Below are positions 34,546 to 43,636 of a stretch of DNA of 64,000 nt, piece after piece. The notes under the pieces are model-generated. The model was not told the origin of the DNA and searched no databases. It saw only the letters and a list, made by a program, of their open reading frames with translations. This DNA comes from Candidatus Sulfotelmatobacter sp. Lineage in GTDB: Bacteria > Acidobacteriota > Terriglobia > Terriglobales > Acidobacteriaceae. The stretch lies in the NCBI GenBank assembly GCA_035949755.1, contig DASYYT010000092.1, forward strand, positions 4,619 through 68,618. The letters run 5' to 3'. Numbering within the stretch: position 1 is the first letter of the stretch; each line of letters opens with the position of its first letter. The position numbers were made by a program, and so were the translations under genes.

Positions 34546-37197
34546 ATGCCTCTGAGCTCTGGCACCAAACTCGGCCCCTACGAAATCCACTCCCCGCTCG
34601 GTGCCGGTGGCATGGGAGAAGTCTACCGCGCCCGCGACACCCGGCTAGAACGAACGGTCGCCATCAAAGTTCTCCCCGAACATTTCTCGCAAAACACTGA
34701 ACTCCGCCAGCGCTTCGAGCGCGAGGCCCGCGCCATTTCCTCTCTGAATCATCCCAACATCTGCACTCTCTACGATATCGGGAACCAGGAGGGCACCGAA
34801 TATCTTGTGATGGAGTACCTCGAGGGCGAGGCCCTCGCGGCGCGGCTTACCCGCGGCACCCTGCCTCTTCGAGAGACTCTGAAAATCGGGATGGAAGTCG
34901 CCGACGCTCTCGACAAGGCTCATCGCGGGGGCATTGTTCACCGCGACCTGAAGCCAGGCAATATCATGCTCACCAAAGGCGGCGCGAAGTTGCTCGACTT
35001 CGGCCTCGCCAAATCCGCTCAGGCCGCTGTACCCATCGGCAGTGACGCGCTTACATCCCCGGTGAACCCAGCCACCGTCCCTGGAATGGTGATGGGAACC
35101 TATCAGTACATGTCACCGGAGCAGATTTCCGGCCAGGAAGCCGACGCGCGCAGCGACATTTTCTCTCTCGGCGCCGTCCTCTACGAGATGACTACTGGTA
35201 AGCGCGCCTTCGAAGGCAAGTCGCAGCTGAGCGTGGCCAGCGCCATCCTTGAAAAAGACCCCGAGCCCATCAGCATCGTTCAACCCGCCACTCCGGCGGT
35301 GCTCGATCACGTGGTTCGTACGTGTCTCGAGAAGAGTCCCGACGACCGCTTTCAGACAGCTCACGATGTCAAGCTGCAATTGAAATGGGTCACGGATGCG
35401 AGCACCTCCGCGATGCCTGCCGCGGCCCGCTCGCGGCGTCTGGCCAGCAGACGCGTGCTGATCGGCCTTGCTGCCTCGAGCGGCCTGATCGCGCTGGGGG
35501 TGGCCTTCTTTGCTTTCACACTCAGCGGCAAGCTTCGCGACGCGCGCCAGCCAGTCTCCGCCGAGATCAATGCTCCCCCGGGCGCCGACTTCGGTGCTGC
35601 GGTGATGGGCGCCGCGGCAATATCTCCCGACGGTAAGCATCTGGTGTTCGTTGCCGGCGATTCGAAATCGAGCAAGCTGTGGCTGCGCGACCTGAGCACG
35701 GGACGCACTGCGCTCCTGCCCGGAACCGACGACGCATTGTTTCCGTTCTGGTCTCCGGACAGCCGCTTCGTCGCATTCTTCGCCACCGGCAAGCTCAACA
35801 AGGTTTCCATTGACGGGGGCCCGGTTCAGATCATCTGCGATGCAGTCGAGGGCCGTGGCGGCAGTTGGAGTCCGAACGGAACCGTTATCTTCACTCCTAA
35901 CATCACCGAACCTCTGTATCGCGTGCCCGAGGGCGGAGGCACTCCCCAGAAGCTGACTGACGCCAAGCCCGGATGGACTCACCGCAACCCATATTTCCTC
36001 CCCGATGGCGAGCACTTCCTGTTCATCAGCCGTGAGCCTTCGGGCAGCGCCACCGCCGGGAGTCTGTATGCTGGGTCGCTCAAAGGTGGCGAACCGAAGC
36101 TGCTTCTCGATCGCGCGTCCAACGTGCAGTACTCGGGTGGATATCTTCTCTATTTCAAAGATGGGAATGTCGTAGCCCAGGCCTTCGATGCTTCTGCACT
36201 AAAACTCAGTGGCGATCCGGTTCCCATCGCGGAGCGCGTCGATTATTGGAATGCCAGGGATTCGGCATACTTCTCCGCGTCTCCTGGCGGCGTTCTCCTC
36301 TATCGCCAGATGGTCCAAACCCCCACGCAGCCCACCTGGGTCGACGCGCAGGGCCGCGAGCTGGGCAAAGTCGGCGAGCCCGGAATTTATCAGGGACTCA
36401 AGCTCTCGCGCGATGGCAGCAAACTAGCGCTCGCTCGTGCCGGCAAGGATCCTCTGCGATTCGATGTCTGGATCACCGACGTTCAGCACAATTCCTCAAC
36501 GCGCGCTACCCTCGTGGACTCGCCGCAGGTGAGTGCCGATTTTTCGCCCGACGGCAACACACTCGCCATCAGCGCAGACATCGGAGGCTCCAGGGGCTCG
36601 CTTTGGACTCAATCCGTCAGCGGTACGGGCGCTCAGGACAAGATCGCAGATACGCCCATCTGGATGGTGTTAAGCGACTGGTCCAAAGATGGCCGCTACC
36701 TGATCGGCGATATTCAAGAGAACACGACTCGCGAGGACGTCTTCTTCGTTGATCTAAAGGGCGATCGCAAAATCACGAAGTTTCTTCAAACTCCAGCCTC
36801 CGAGCAAGCGGCAACTCTATCACCCAATGGCAAGTGGTTGGCTTACGTCTCCGACGAGTCCGGGCGATTCGAAGTTTATGTCGTTGCTTTCCCCGGCCCG
36901 GGTGGCAAATGGGCGATCTCCAGTTCAGGCATCGATATCCTAACCCCGTGTTCCTGGAGTGCCGATGGAAAAGAGCTGTACTATCAATCGTCCGGGAAGA
37001 TTATGGCTGTACCGATCCAGAATACCGACTCATTCCAGTTCGGTACGCCCCAACCCCTTCCCATGTCCACAACAGATATTTCGGGGTTTACCACCGGGCC
37101 CACATCAGGTCGCTTCCTAGTGCTCCGTCGCTCCGGCCAGGCCGAACCTTCTCCCATCCATTTGGTCCTGAATTGGACTGAACTGCTAAGAAAATAG
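34546..37197 (+). CDS. Ser/Thr protein kinase fused to TolB/PD40-like beta-propeller (paralogue 1)
   Basis: Hanks kinase motifs are [30 protein letters not shown] and SPEQ. A single TM helix ([20 protein letters not shown]) follows. The C-terminal part has PD40-type repeats ([36 protein letters not shown]). Confidence 0.88.
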   Translation: MPLSSGTKLGPYEIHSPLGAGGMGEVYRARDTRLERTVAIKVLPEHFSQNTELRQRFEREARAISSLNHPNICTLYDIGNQEGTEYLVMEYLEGEALAARLTRGTLPLRETLKIGMEVADALDKAHRGGIVHRDLKPGNIMLTKGGAKLLDFGLAKSAQAAVPIGSDALTSPVNPATVPGMVMGTYQYMSPEQISGQEADARSDIFSLGAVLYEMTTGKRAFEGKSQLSVASAILEKDPEPISIVQPATPAVLDHVVRTCLEKSPDDRFQTAHDVKLQLKWVTDASTSAMPAAARSRRLASRRVLIGLAASSGLIALGVAFFAFTLSGKLRDARQPVSAEINAPPGADFGAAVMGAAAISPDGKHLVFVAGDSKSSKLWLRDLSTGRTALLPGTDDALFPFWSPDSRFVAFFATGKLNKVSIDGGPVQIICDAVEGRGGSWSPNGTVIFTPNITEPLYRVPEGGGTPQKLTDAKPGWTHRNPYFLPDGEHFLFISREPSGSATAGSLYAGSLKGGEPKLLLDRASNVQYSGGYLLYFKDGNVVAQAFDASALKLSGDPVPIAERVDYWNARDSAYFSASPGGVLLYRQMVQTPTQPTWVDAQGRELGKVGEPGIYQGLKLSRDGSKLALARAGKDPLRFDVWITDVQHNSSTRATLVDSPQVSADFSPDGNTLAISADIGGSRGSLWTQSVSGTGAQDKIADTPIWMVLSDWSKDGRYLIGDIQENTTREDVFFVDLKGDRKITKFLQTPASEQAATLSPNGKWLAYVSDESGRFEVYVVAFPGPGGKWAISSSGIDILTPCSWSADGKELYYQSSGKIMAVPIQNTDSFQFGTPQPLPMSTTDISGFTTGPTSGRFLVLRRSGQAEPSPIHLVLNWTELLRK

Positions 37198-37211
37198 CTC
37201 CTTTGTGAAGC

Positions 37212-37225
37212 TATAATGTCGCGAC
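37212..37225 (+). promoter_or_regulatory. Second copy of TATAAT-GTCGCGAC motif, 4 nt upstream of the kinase ATG
   Basis: Sequence tataatGTCGCGACgcgcATG. Confidence 0.45.
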
Positions 37226-37229
37226 GCGC

Positions 37230-39911
37230 ATGCCCCTAACCTCTGGCACTAAACTCGGGCCTTACGAAATCCAGTCCCCGCTTGGCGCCGGCGGAATGGG
37301 AGAGGTCTACCGCGCCCGCGACACTCGCCTGGACCGCACAGTCGCCATAAAAGTTCTCGCCTCGAATCTGTCCGCCTCGCCCGAACTAAGGCAGCGCCTC
37401 GAACGCGAAGGCCGCGCCATCTCGTCGCTGAACCATCCCAATATCTGCCAGCTCTATGACATCGGCTCCCACGCCGGCACCGACTTCCTGGTGATGGAGT
37501 TTCTGGAAGGCGAAACTTTAGGCGAGCGCTTGCGCAAAGGACCCATCGCGCTGCCTGAGATCTACAAAATCGGAATCGCCATCGCCGAGGCGTTGGCGCT
37601 CGCACATCGCCACGGGATTGTGCATCGCGATCTCAAGCCCGGCAACATCATGCTCACGCAATCAGGCGCCAAGCTGATGGATTTCGGTCTGGCTAAGCCT
37701 CTGAACCTTGCCGCTTCCGGTTCCGCTTCCGCGCCGCCATCGTTCACCGCTGCCGCGACTCTGAGCGGGCCCAGCCCTCTCAGTCCGTTGACCACCGCCG
37801 GCACCATCATCGGCACTATCCAGTACATGTCGCCCGAGCAGATCGAAGGCAAGGAAGCCGACGCTCGCTCCGACATCTTCGCGTTCGGCTCAGTGCTATA
37901 CGAGATGGCATCGGGCAAACGTCCCTTCGAAGGCAAGAGCCAGCTCTCGCTCGCGTCCTCGATCCTCGAGAAAGATCCCGAACCCCTCGGTACTGTGAAG
38001 CCGCAGACTCCGCCTGCCTTCAATCATGTCGTGCAGACCTGCTTGCAAAAGAATCCCGAGGACCGCTATCTCGCCGCACACGACATCAAACTCGAGCTGC
38101 AGTGGATCGCCTTCGAAAAACCTGCTCCCGCGCTTCCGGCCTCCGTACAAGCTCCCAAAAAACAGCCTATCTGGATCGCCGCCCTCATCGCCGCACTCGC
38201 TTTAGGTGGGCTCGCCGGATTCTTTCTCCATCGTCCCGCTCGACCCGCGCAGTCGATTCGTACCGTCATCAATCCCCCGGATAAAATGACGCTCAACCTC
38301 ACTGGCGATTCCGCGGGCCCGCCCGTGCTCTCGCCGGACGGCGCGGCCATCGCCTTCACTGCCTCCAGTGCCGATGGCAAAACCACGATCTGGGTGCGTC
38401 CCGTGAACTCCCTTGAATCTCACCAGCTGGCCGACAGCGAGAACGCGGTTTTTCCCTTCTGGTCTCCGGATAGCCGCTCTCTCGGATTCTTCGCCGATGG
38501 CAAGCTTAAGACCATCGATGTTGGTGGCGACTCGCCCCAAATCATCGCCGACGCGCCCTTCGGCCGTGGCGGCGCCTGGGGACCCGGCGGCGTGATCCTG
38601 TTCTCTCCCAGCACACAAGCCGGCCTGATGCGCGTCAGCGCCAGCGGCGGCAATGCGGCGGAGGTCACCAAACTGGACCGCACTCAGCACACCTCCCATC
38701 GCTGGCCATTTTTTCTGCCCGATGGCAAGCATTTCATTTACCTGGCGATCAGCCACAATCCTTCCAAAGCCGCCAACAACGCTCTCTATTACGCCTCGCT
38801 CGACGGCCGCGATGATCATTTGCTGTTGCACTCCCAAGCCAACGCGGTTTATGCCGGCGGCTATCTGCTCTTCGCGCGCGGAGACCAGTTGATGGCCCAA
38901 GCCTTCAATCCTTCCAACGGCACGCTCAGTGGTGATGAGCCTCAGACTCTGGCCAAGAGCGTGATGAACGACATCGCCACCTGGCACATGGACGCCTCCG
39001 CCTCCGATGACGGATTGCTGATTTTCGGCAGTGGCGGAAGCGGCGACTGGCAATTGCTCTGGATGGATCGCAACACCAAACAGCTCTCCACCATTGCGGA
39101 CAAGCTGAGCAACCTGCAAATCGCCCGTCTCTCTCCGCAGGGCGATCGCATCGCGATGCAGATCGATACCGGCGCCAATGACATCTGGGTTCTGGACCTG
39201 ACGCGCGGGGTGCGCACCAGGCTTACCTTCGGACCGGTTTCGAATATGTTTCCCATCTGGTCGCCCGATGGAAAGTGGATCGTCTACACCGCGGACCGAA
39301 ATGGCCGTTCCAACTTATGCCGCAAGCGCGCCGACGGTAGTGGCGCCGAGGAAACTCTGCTCAACGATGAACAGTTGGTGCTTGCCACCGACTGGTCACA
39401 GGACAGCAAATACCTGGTCTACATGCGTGGCCCCGTCGGAAACACCGAACTCCGGGCGTTGCCGCTCCAGGGAGAACGCAAACCGTTCGTTGTGGTTCCT
39501 CGCTCGGAAAACACCTTCACTGCTCTCGGGCGCCTTTCTCCCGATGGCCGCTGGCTCGCCTACACGTCCAATGAATCCGGTGCCCCGCAAGTGTATGTCG
39601 TCGCTTTCGGCGGTGGCCAAGGGAAGTGGCAGGTCTCGGTCAACGGAGGCATGCAGCCGGAATGGAGTAAAGACGGCAAACAGCTCTACTACTTCGACGC
39701 CAGCTATAATCTGTTTGCCGTACCCGTGAAAGAATCCGGTGGCGCGCTGCAGTTCGGCGCCGGCCAGCAACTCGTAACTAACTGGTCCGCGCCGCAGGTC
39801 TTCTACGACGTCTCTCCCGACGGCAAGAAAATCCTCCTCGACCGCATCTCCCAGCAAGTCAACCAGTCCGTCACCGTGGTAACGAACTTCGCCTCCGGTC
39901 TAAAGAAATAG
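37230..39911 (+). CDS. Ser/Thr protein kinase fused to TolB/PD40-like beta-propeller (paralogue 2)
   Basis: It has the same architecture as paralogue 1. The first ~45 residues are nearly identical to those of 34546-37197. Confidence 0.88.
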   Translation: MPLTSGTKLGPYEIQSPLGAGGMGEVYRARDTRLDRTVAIKVLASNLSASPELRQRLEREGRAISSLNHPNICQLYDIGSHAGTDFLVMEFLEGETLGERLRKGPIALPEIYKIGIAIAEALALAHRHGIVHRDLKPGNIMLTQSGAKLMDFGLAKPLNLAASGSASAPPSFTAAATLSGPSPLSPLTTAGTIIGTIQYMSPEQIEGKEADARSDIFAFGSVLYEMASGKRPFEGKSQLSLASSILEKDPEPLGTVKPQTPPAFNHVVQTCLQKNPEDRYLAAHDIKLELQWIAFEKPAPALPASVQAPKKQPIWIAALIAALALGGLAGFFLHRPARPAQSIRTVINPPDKMTLNLTGDSAGPPVLSPDGAAIAFTASSADGKTTIWVRPVNSLESHQLADSENAVFPFWSPDSRSLGFFADGKLKTIDVGGDSPQIIADAPFGRGGAWGPGGVILFSPSTQAGLMRVSASGGNAAEVTKLDRTQHTSHRWPFFLPDGKHFIYLAISHNPSKAANNALYYASLDGRDDHLLLHSQANAVYAGGYLLFARGDQLMAQAFNPSNGTLSGDEPQTLAKSVMNDIATWHMDASASDDGLLIFGSGGSGDWQLLWMDRNTKQLSTIADKLSNLQIARLSPQGDRIAMQIDTGANDIWVLDLTRGVRTRLTFGPVSNMFPIWSPDGKWIVYTADRNGRSNLCRKRADGSGAEETLLNDEQLVLATDWSQDSKYLVYMRGPVGNTELRALPLQGERKPFVVVPRSENTFTALGRLSPDGRWLAYTSNESGAPQVYVVAFGGGQGKWQVSVNGGMQPEWSKDGKQLYYFDASYNLFAVPVKESGGALQFGAGQQLVTNWSAPQVFYDVSPDGKKILLDRISQQVNQSVTVVTNFASGLKK

Positions 39912-40037
39912 CTGGCAGCGCAAGCCATACCGTGCAAGACAGACAGCCCAGTTGTTACGCCTGATTTTCTCTGCGTGCACCGGTGTAATTCTCCGCGCGC
40001 TCTGCGAGAATGCTTTTGGATCCCAGCCGAGGGTGTC

Positions 40038-40418
40038 CTACGCGTGACTCTCCGCCCGGGCCCCTTGCGCTGTGGCCCTGGCTGGCGCCATCCCGTCGGC
40101 GTGCCACTTCCGCGCCAGCGTCTCCAGTTGCGCCAGGACCTTCTCGATGTCCTTCATCCGTTCGGTGATCCCGTAAGTCACCGCCGGCGGAATCGTCTGC
40201 TCGTAATGCCGGAAGACAAATCCTGCCTCTTGCAGCCCGCGCAGTCGCTCGGTCAGCACACGGGAAGAGATCCCATCCACATTCTTTTTCAGCACGCCAA
40301 AACGCATCGGACCGTTCGCGCTCAGAGACCACAGAATATGCATGGTCCAGGGACGGGTCAGTAGTTCCAGCAATCCGCCGATCGCACAAGGCGAAGGGGT
40401 TTGGCCGTGTCGCTTCAT
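40038..40418 (-). CDS. HxlR-family winged-helix transcriptional regulator
   Basis: Motif CAIGGLLELLTRPWTMHILWSLSANGPMRFGVLKKNVDGISSRVLTERLRGLQEAGFV. Confidence 0.85.
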   Translation of the reverse strand: MKRHGQTPSPCAIGGLLELLTRPWTMHILWSLSANGPMRFGVLKKNVDGISSRVLTERLRGLQEAGFVFRHYEQTIPPAVTYGITERMKDIEKVLAQLETLARKWHADGMAPARATAQGARAESHA

Positions 40419-40430
40419 TAATATCTCCTG

Positions 40431-40443
40431 GTAACTAGGTTAC
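40431..40443. promoter_or_regulatory. Perfect palindrome GTAAC-TAG-GTTAC in the HxlR divergent promoter region (candidate operator)
   Basis: The sequence gtaactaggttac lies 13 nt upstream of the hxlR-like start. The region is AT-rich. Confidence 0.35.
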
Positions 40444-40536
40444 TATAGCGTATCTGATATCAAAAAGACTAGCAGTTATTTATTGTAACCAAAGCGCTGA
40501 TCTCGTCATCCAACGCAATTGCAAGCCGAGGTCACC

Positions 40537-40647
40537 ATGAAACTGCTTCACATCGATTCCAATGCACGCCGTAATTCGGTATCCCGCCAGCTCACAGCCC
40601 GTTTCGTTGAGGCCTGGCAGACGGGTAACAGCGCTTCTGCATCGTAG
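40537..40647 (+). pseudogene. azoR: Truncated remnant of FMN-dependent NADH-azoreductase (AzoR) N-terminus
   Basis: The ATG opens MKLLHIDSNARRNSVSRQLTARFVEAWQTGNSASAS followed by a stop. This matches the conserved AzoR start (MKLLHIDSS...SVSRQLT..FVEAW) but ends after 36 codons. Confidence 0.6.
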
Positions 40648-40705
40648 GCGAGCGCGCTGCGCTGTAGATCGTAGACATCAAAATCAACTTTCCAGGAGAA
40701 ACTTT

Positions 40706-41149
40706 ATGGCAACTGCTGCAACCGTACCGACCCGCTCTCTCGATCGTGCCCCCGCGACTGCGGGATTTTTCGTCCTGTTCGGGCGGATTTTCTTCGCCGT
40801 CATCTTCCTGGCGGCTGGACCGAATCATTTCGCCAAGCAGACCATCGCCTATGCCGCGTCGCAAGGTGTTCCGCTGGCCTCAATTGCCGTTCCGTTTTCC
40901 GGCTTACTCGCCATCCTCGGCGGACTCTCGATTCTGCTCGGCTACCGCGCCCGCATTGGCGCCTGGCTGATCGCGATTTTTCTGATCGGAGTCACTCCCA
41001 TGATGCACAAGTTCTGGACCGTCTCCGATCCCATGATGTATCAGATCCAATTCGTCATGTTTATGAAGAACGTGTCCATGCTGGGCGGCGCGCTGCTGAT
41101 TTCGCAGTTTGGCGCCGGACCTCTCAGCCTCGACGCCCGCAAGAAATAA
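40706..41149 (+). CDS. DoxX-family membrane protein
   Basis: ATG 40706 with SD aggaga. It has four TM helices, including FFVLFGRIFFAVIFLAAGPNHF and MFMKNVSMLGGALLI. Confidence 0.75.
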   Translation: MATAATVPTRSLDRAPATAGFFVLFGRIFFAVIFLAAGPNHFAKQTIAYAASQGVPLASIAVPFSGLLAILGGLSILLGYRARIGAWLIAIFLIGVTPMMHKFWTVSDPMMYQIQFVMFMKNVSMLGGALLISQFGAGPLSLDARKK

Positions 41150-41175
41150 AAAGCCGCCCATCGAGGGCGGCTTGG
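41147..41175. terminator. Bidirectional hairpin terminator between DoxX (+) and DinB-like (-) genes
   Basis: Sequence aaataaaAAGCCGCCCatcgaGGGCGGCTTgg has a 9-bp stem. The upstream A-run gives a T-run on the minus strand. Confidence 0.6.
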
Positions 41176-41196
41176 CACAGGAAGAATGAAATACTT

Positions 41197-41730
41197 CTAC
41201 GCAGCCACTTCTGCCGGCACGGGCGGCACGAACGGCTCGTCGAAGCTGCCGCCATAAATCGAAGGCACCTTCGATCCCATCGGCCGCAGATAGGTTGCCA
41301 ACTCGCCCCGATGATGGATGCTGTGGTTGTTGAGAAATTGCAGATAGAAAACAGCCGGGAAGTTGAACACTCCAAAAAAGCCGACCGGCGTCATCAACTG
41401 CTCCGCCGACATTGCGGCCACCCGCGCCACGCCGCGTTTGATGTTCTCGTCATACCAGGCCACCACTTCGGCTGAGGTCTGCGGCTTGTGTTCCGGGGTT
41501 TCAGGGTTGAACTTCAAGTCTGCAATTCCATCCAGGAATTGAACGTCGGTATTGGCCAGGTGCCAGGCCAGTTCTTTCGCGCTCCGCGCATTGGGATCGG
41601 GCCGGTAGTCGGACTTTGCGTCCGGGATCGCGGCGATCACTTTCTTGGTGCACTCCGCTTCCCGCACGATGCCGTCGAGCATCATGGCGCAATAGCCAAG
41701 AGCAAATTCAGGAGTCAATCCTTGAGACAT
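41197..41730 (-). CDS. DinB-family (four-helix, metal-binding) protein
   Basis: 177 aa with SD aggagg. Conserved His positions (AWHLANT, NNHSIHHRGELATYL) are typical of the DinB/YfiT fold. Confidence 0.7.
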   Translation of the reverse strand: MSQGLTPEFALGYCAMMLDGIVREAECTKKVIAAIPDAKSDYRPDPNARSAKELAWHLANTDVQFLDGIADLKFNPETPEHKPQTSAEVVAWYDENIKRGVARVAAMSAEQLMTPVGFFGVFNFPAVFYLQFLNNHSIHHRGELATYLRPMGSKVPSIYGGSFDEPFVPPVPAEVAA

Positions 41731-41833
41731 ATTTCCTCCTTCGCAAATTGTTTCTTTTTACATCCGGACTAGAGTAGGGGCGATCCACGCCGCTCCGGGC
41801 CCTAGATGAGCCTACTTACAAACGCGCTGCGAA

Positions 41834-42778
41834 TTATACTCCGACGGGGTGCTTGCTGCGTACCGGAACCGGCGTGAACCAGCCGTGGCGGTCGTTCTTC
41901 TCGCCCCGCACGATGGCGTAGAACTCTTTCTGCAGCGCCTTGGTGACCGGGCCCACGGTGCCATTGCCGACCTTGATCTTGTCGACCGAGCGGATCGCAG
42001 TCACCTCGGCGGCCGTCCCGGTGAAGAAGGCTTCATCGGCGATGTAGAGCAGTTCGCGCGGAATCATCTGCTCCACGATGGCAATGTTCAAATCGCGCGC
42101 AATCTGCAGGACGGAGTCGCGCGTGATCCCCGGCAGCACCGAGTTGCCCAGGGGCGCTGTAATCAGCTTGTCGCGATGCACCAGGAACAGATTCTCGCCA
42201 GAGCCTTCGCTCACGAATCCGCTCTTGTCGAGCGCGATGCCTTCCACATATCCGTTGGCGAGAGCTTCCATCTTGATGAGCTGCGAGTTCATGTAGTTCG
42301 CACCGGCCTTGGCCATGGCGGGCAGAGTGTTGGGCGCCAGCCGCGTCCACGATGACACGCACACATCCACGCCATCGCCATCGCCGCTCAGATACTTTCC
42401 CCAGGGATAATTCACGATGTAGACTTCGATCGGGCAATTCAGCGGATTCACTCCGGCATCGCCGTACCCGCGAAACACCACCGGGCGGATATAGCACGGC
42501 CATGCGCCGTTCTGGCCCACTGTCTCGATCATGGCGCGGACCAATTCGTCGCGGGTAAACGGCAGCTCCATGCGGTAGACTTTGGCGGAATCGACCAACC
42601 GCTGCATGTGCTCGGTGGCGCGGAAAATCGCCGGGCCCGAGGGCAATTCGTAGCAGCGGATGCCTTCGAAGACCGAAGACCCGTAGTGGACGACGTGCGA
42701 CATCACGTGCAGGGTCGCCTCGTCCCAGTTGATGAGCTTGCCGTTATGCCAGATCTTTGCGGTCTTCTGGATAGCCAT
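41834..42778 (-). CDS. ilvE: Branched-chain amino acid aminotransferase
   Basis: A class IV aminotransferase with motifs HYGSSVFEGIRCY, GANYMNSQL and FFTGTAAEVT. ATG 42778 has SD aaggag and a TATAAT about 20 nt upstream. Confidence 0.88.
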   Translation of the reverse strand: MAIQKTAKIWHNGKLINWDEATLHVMSHVVHYGSSVFEGIRCYELPSGPAIFRATEHMQRLVDSAKVYRMELPFTRDELVRAMIETVGQNGAWPCYIRPVVFRGYGDAGVNPLNCPIEVYIVNYPWGKYLSGDGDGVDVCVSSWTRLAPNTLPAMAKAGANYMNSQLIKMEALANGYVEGIALDKSGFVSEGSGENLFLVHRDKLITAPLGNSVLPGITRDSVLQIARDLNIAIVEQMIPRELLYIADEAFFTGTAAEVTAIRSVDKIKVGNGTVGPVTKALQKEFYAIVRGEKNDRHGWFTPVPVRSKHPVGV

Positions 42779-42950
42779 TCCCACTCCTTTGGTCTTCAAT
42801 TATAGCCGACGTCCGCCTGCCGCCCCGATCCGGCGTTGTCGGGATTTTTTGTAAGTTCTAATTCGTAAATGTTCACGCGGCGGCGAAGTCCCAGTAAGCC
42901 GCGCCGGGTTTGGCCGGTGGTCTTTGGTCGGAGCTGATAGAGCGCGAGGT

Positions 42951-43355
42951 TTACGCGCGAGGCGGGCCTTTTATGGTATCGGCGGCATCGGCCTCGAAGG
43001 TGACATCGACGTGGGCTCCGGGCTTGAGGGCCACTCCGTCGCCGTTGGGAGCGCTGAGGGTGTTTTCGATGCGGACTTCGCGGAACAAATAGTCGGCGCC
43101 GCTGATGGAAATTTCTGCCTTTTCCGGCTCGCGGGCGATTCCTGTACTTATAATTTTGTGTACCACTGCGGCTACCGTTTTCCAGGGGCGATTGCGCTGC
43201 CATATGAGTTTGGGACGATCGCGGAAACGGCGCTGTTCTTTTCGGCTGATGAGTTCGCTGAGTTCATGGATTTGGGAGGCGAAGTTATCGTAATCTTTTT
43301 CCTGCTGGATTTCGGAGCAGAGGACGTTCATACGTTCACGTTCTTCGGGGGTCAC
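42951..43355 (-). CDS. Hypothetical protein (no family recognised)
   Basis: 134-aa ORF with a GTG start (or ATG 43331). The N-terminus is helical (EIQQEKDYDNFASQIHELSELISRKEQ) and the C-terminal half is beta-rich. Coding status is not certain. Confidence 0.4.
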   Translation of the reverse strand: MTPEERERMNVLCSEIQQEKDYDNFASQIHELSELISRKEQRRFRDRPKLIWQRNRPWKTVAAVVHKIISTGIAREPEKAEISISGADYLFREVRIENTLSAPNGDGVALKPGAHVDVTFEADAADTIKGPPRA

Positions 43356-43636
43356 CGGTCATCTCCAGAATGTGTGGATGGAACGTTCGTCGTACGATTG
43401 TGGGGGATAGTAAATAAATTCAGGGCTGGAAGACAAGGGAAGGGAAGCTTTTTTTCGGATTTCGGAAAAAGCGGACTTCAGCCCTCGTGACTTTAGCAAA
43501 CCATGCAACTCGAACCCCGTGCTTAAGTCGCAACCCGAGACCGGAAGCCGAGAAGTCAGGAATCAGGGCTAGGGCTAATGTTAAGTGCCGCCTTCTCGGC
43601 GGCTGTCGCGGAGGGCGCCACCCCCAGGTCCGGCTC

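Noticed and set aside
42824-42850. Short hairpin (cccga-N10-tcggg) followed by a T6 run on the plus strand upstream of ilvE.
   Set aside because: The stem is only 5 bp with a 10-nt loop, and no plus-strand gene lies upstream for it to terminate. It is probably fortuitous.
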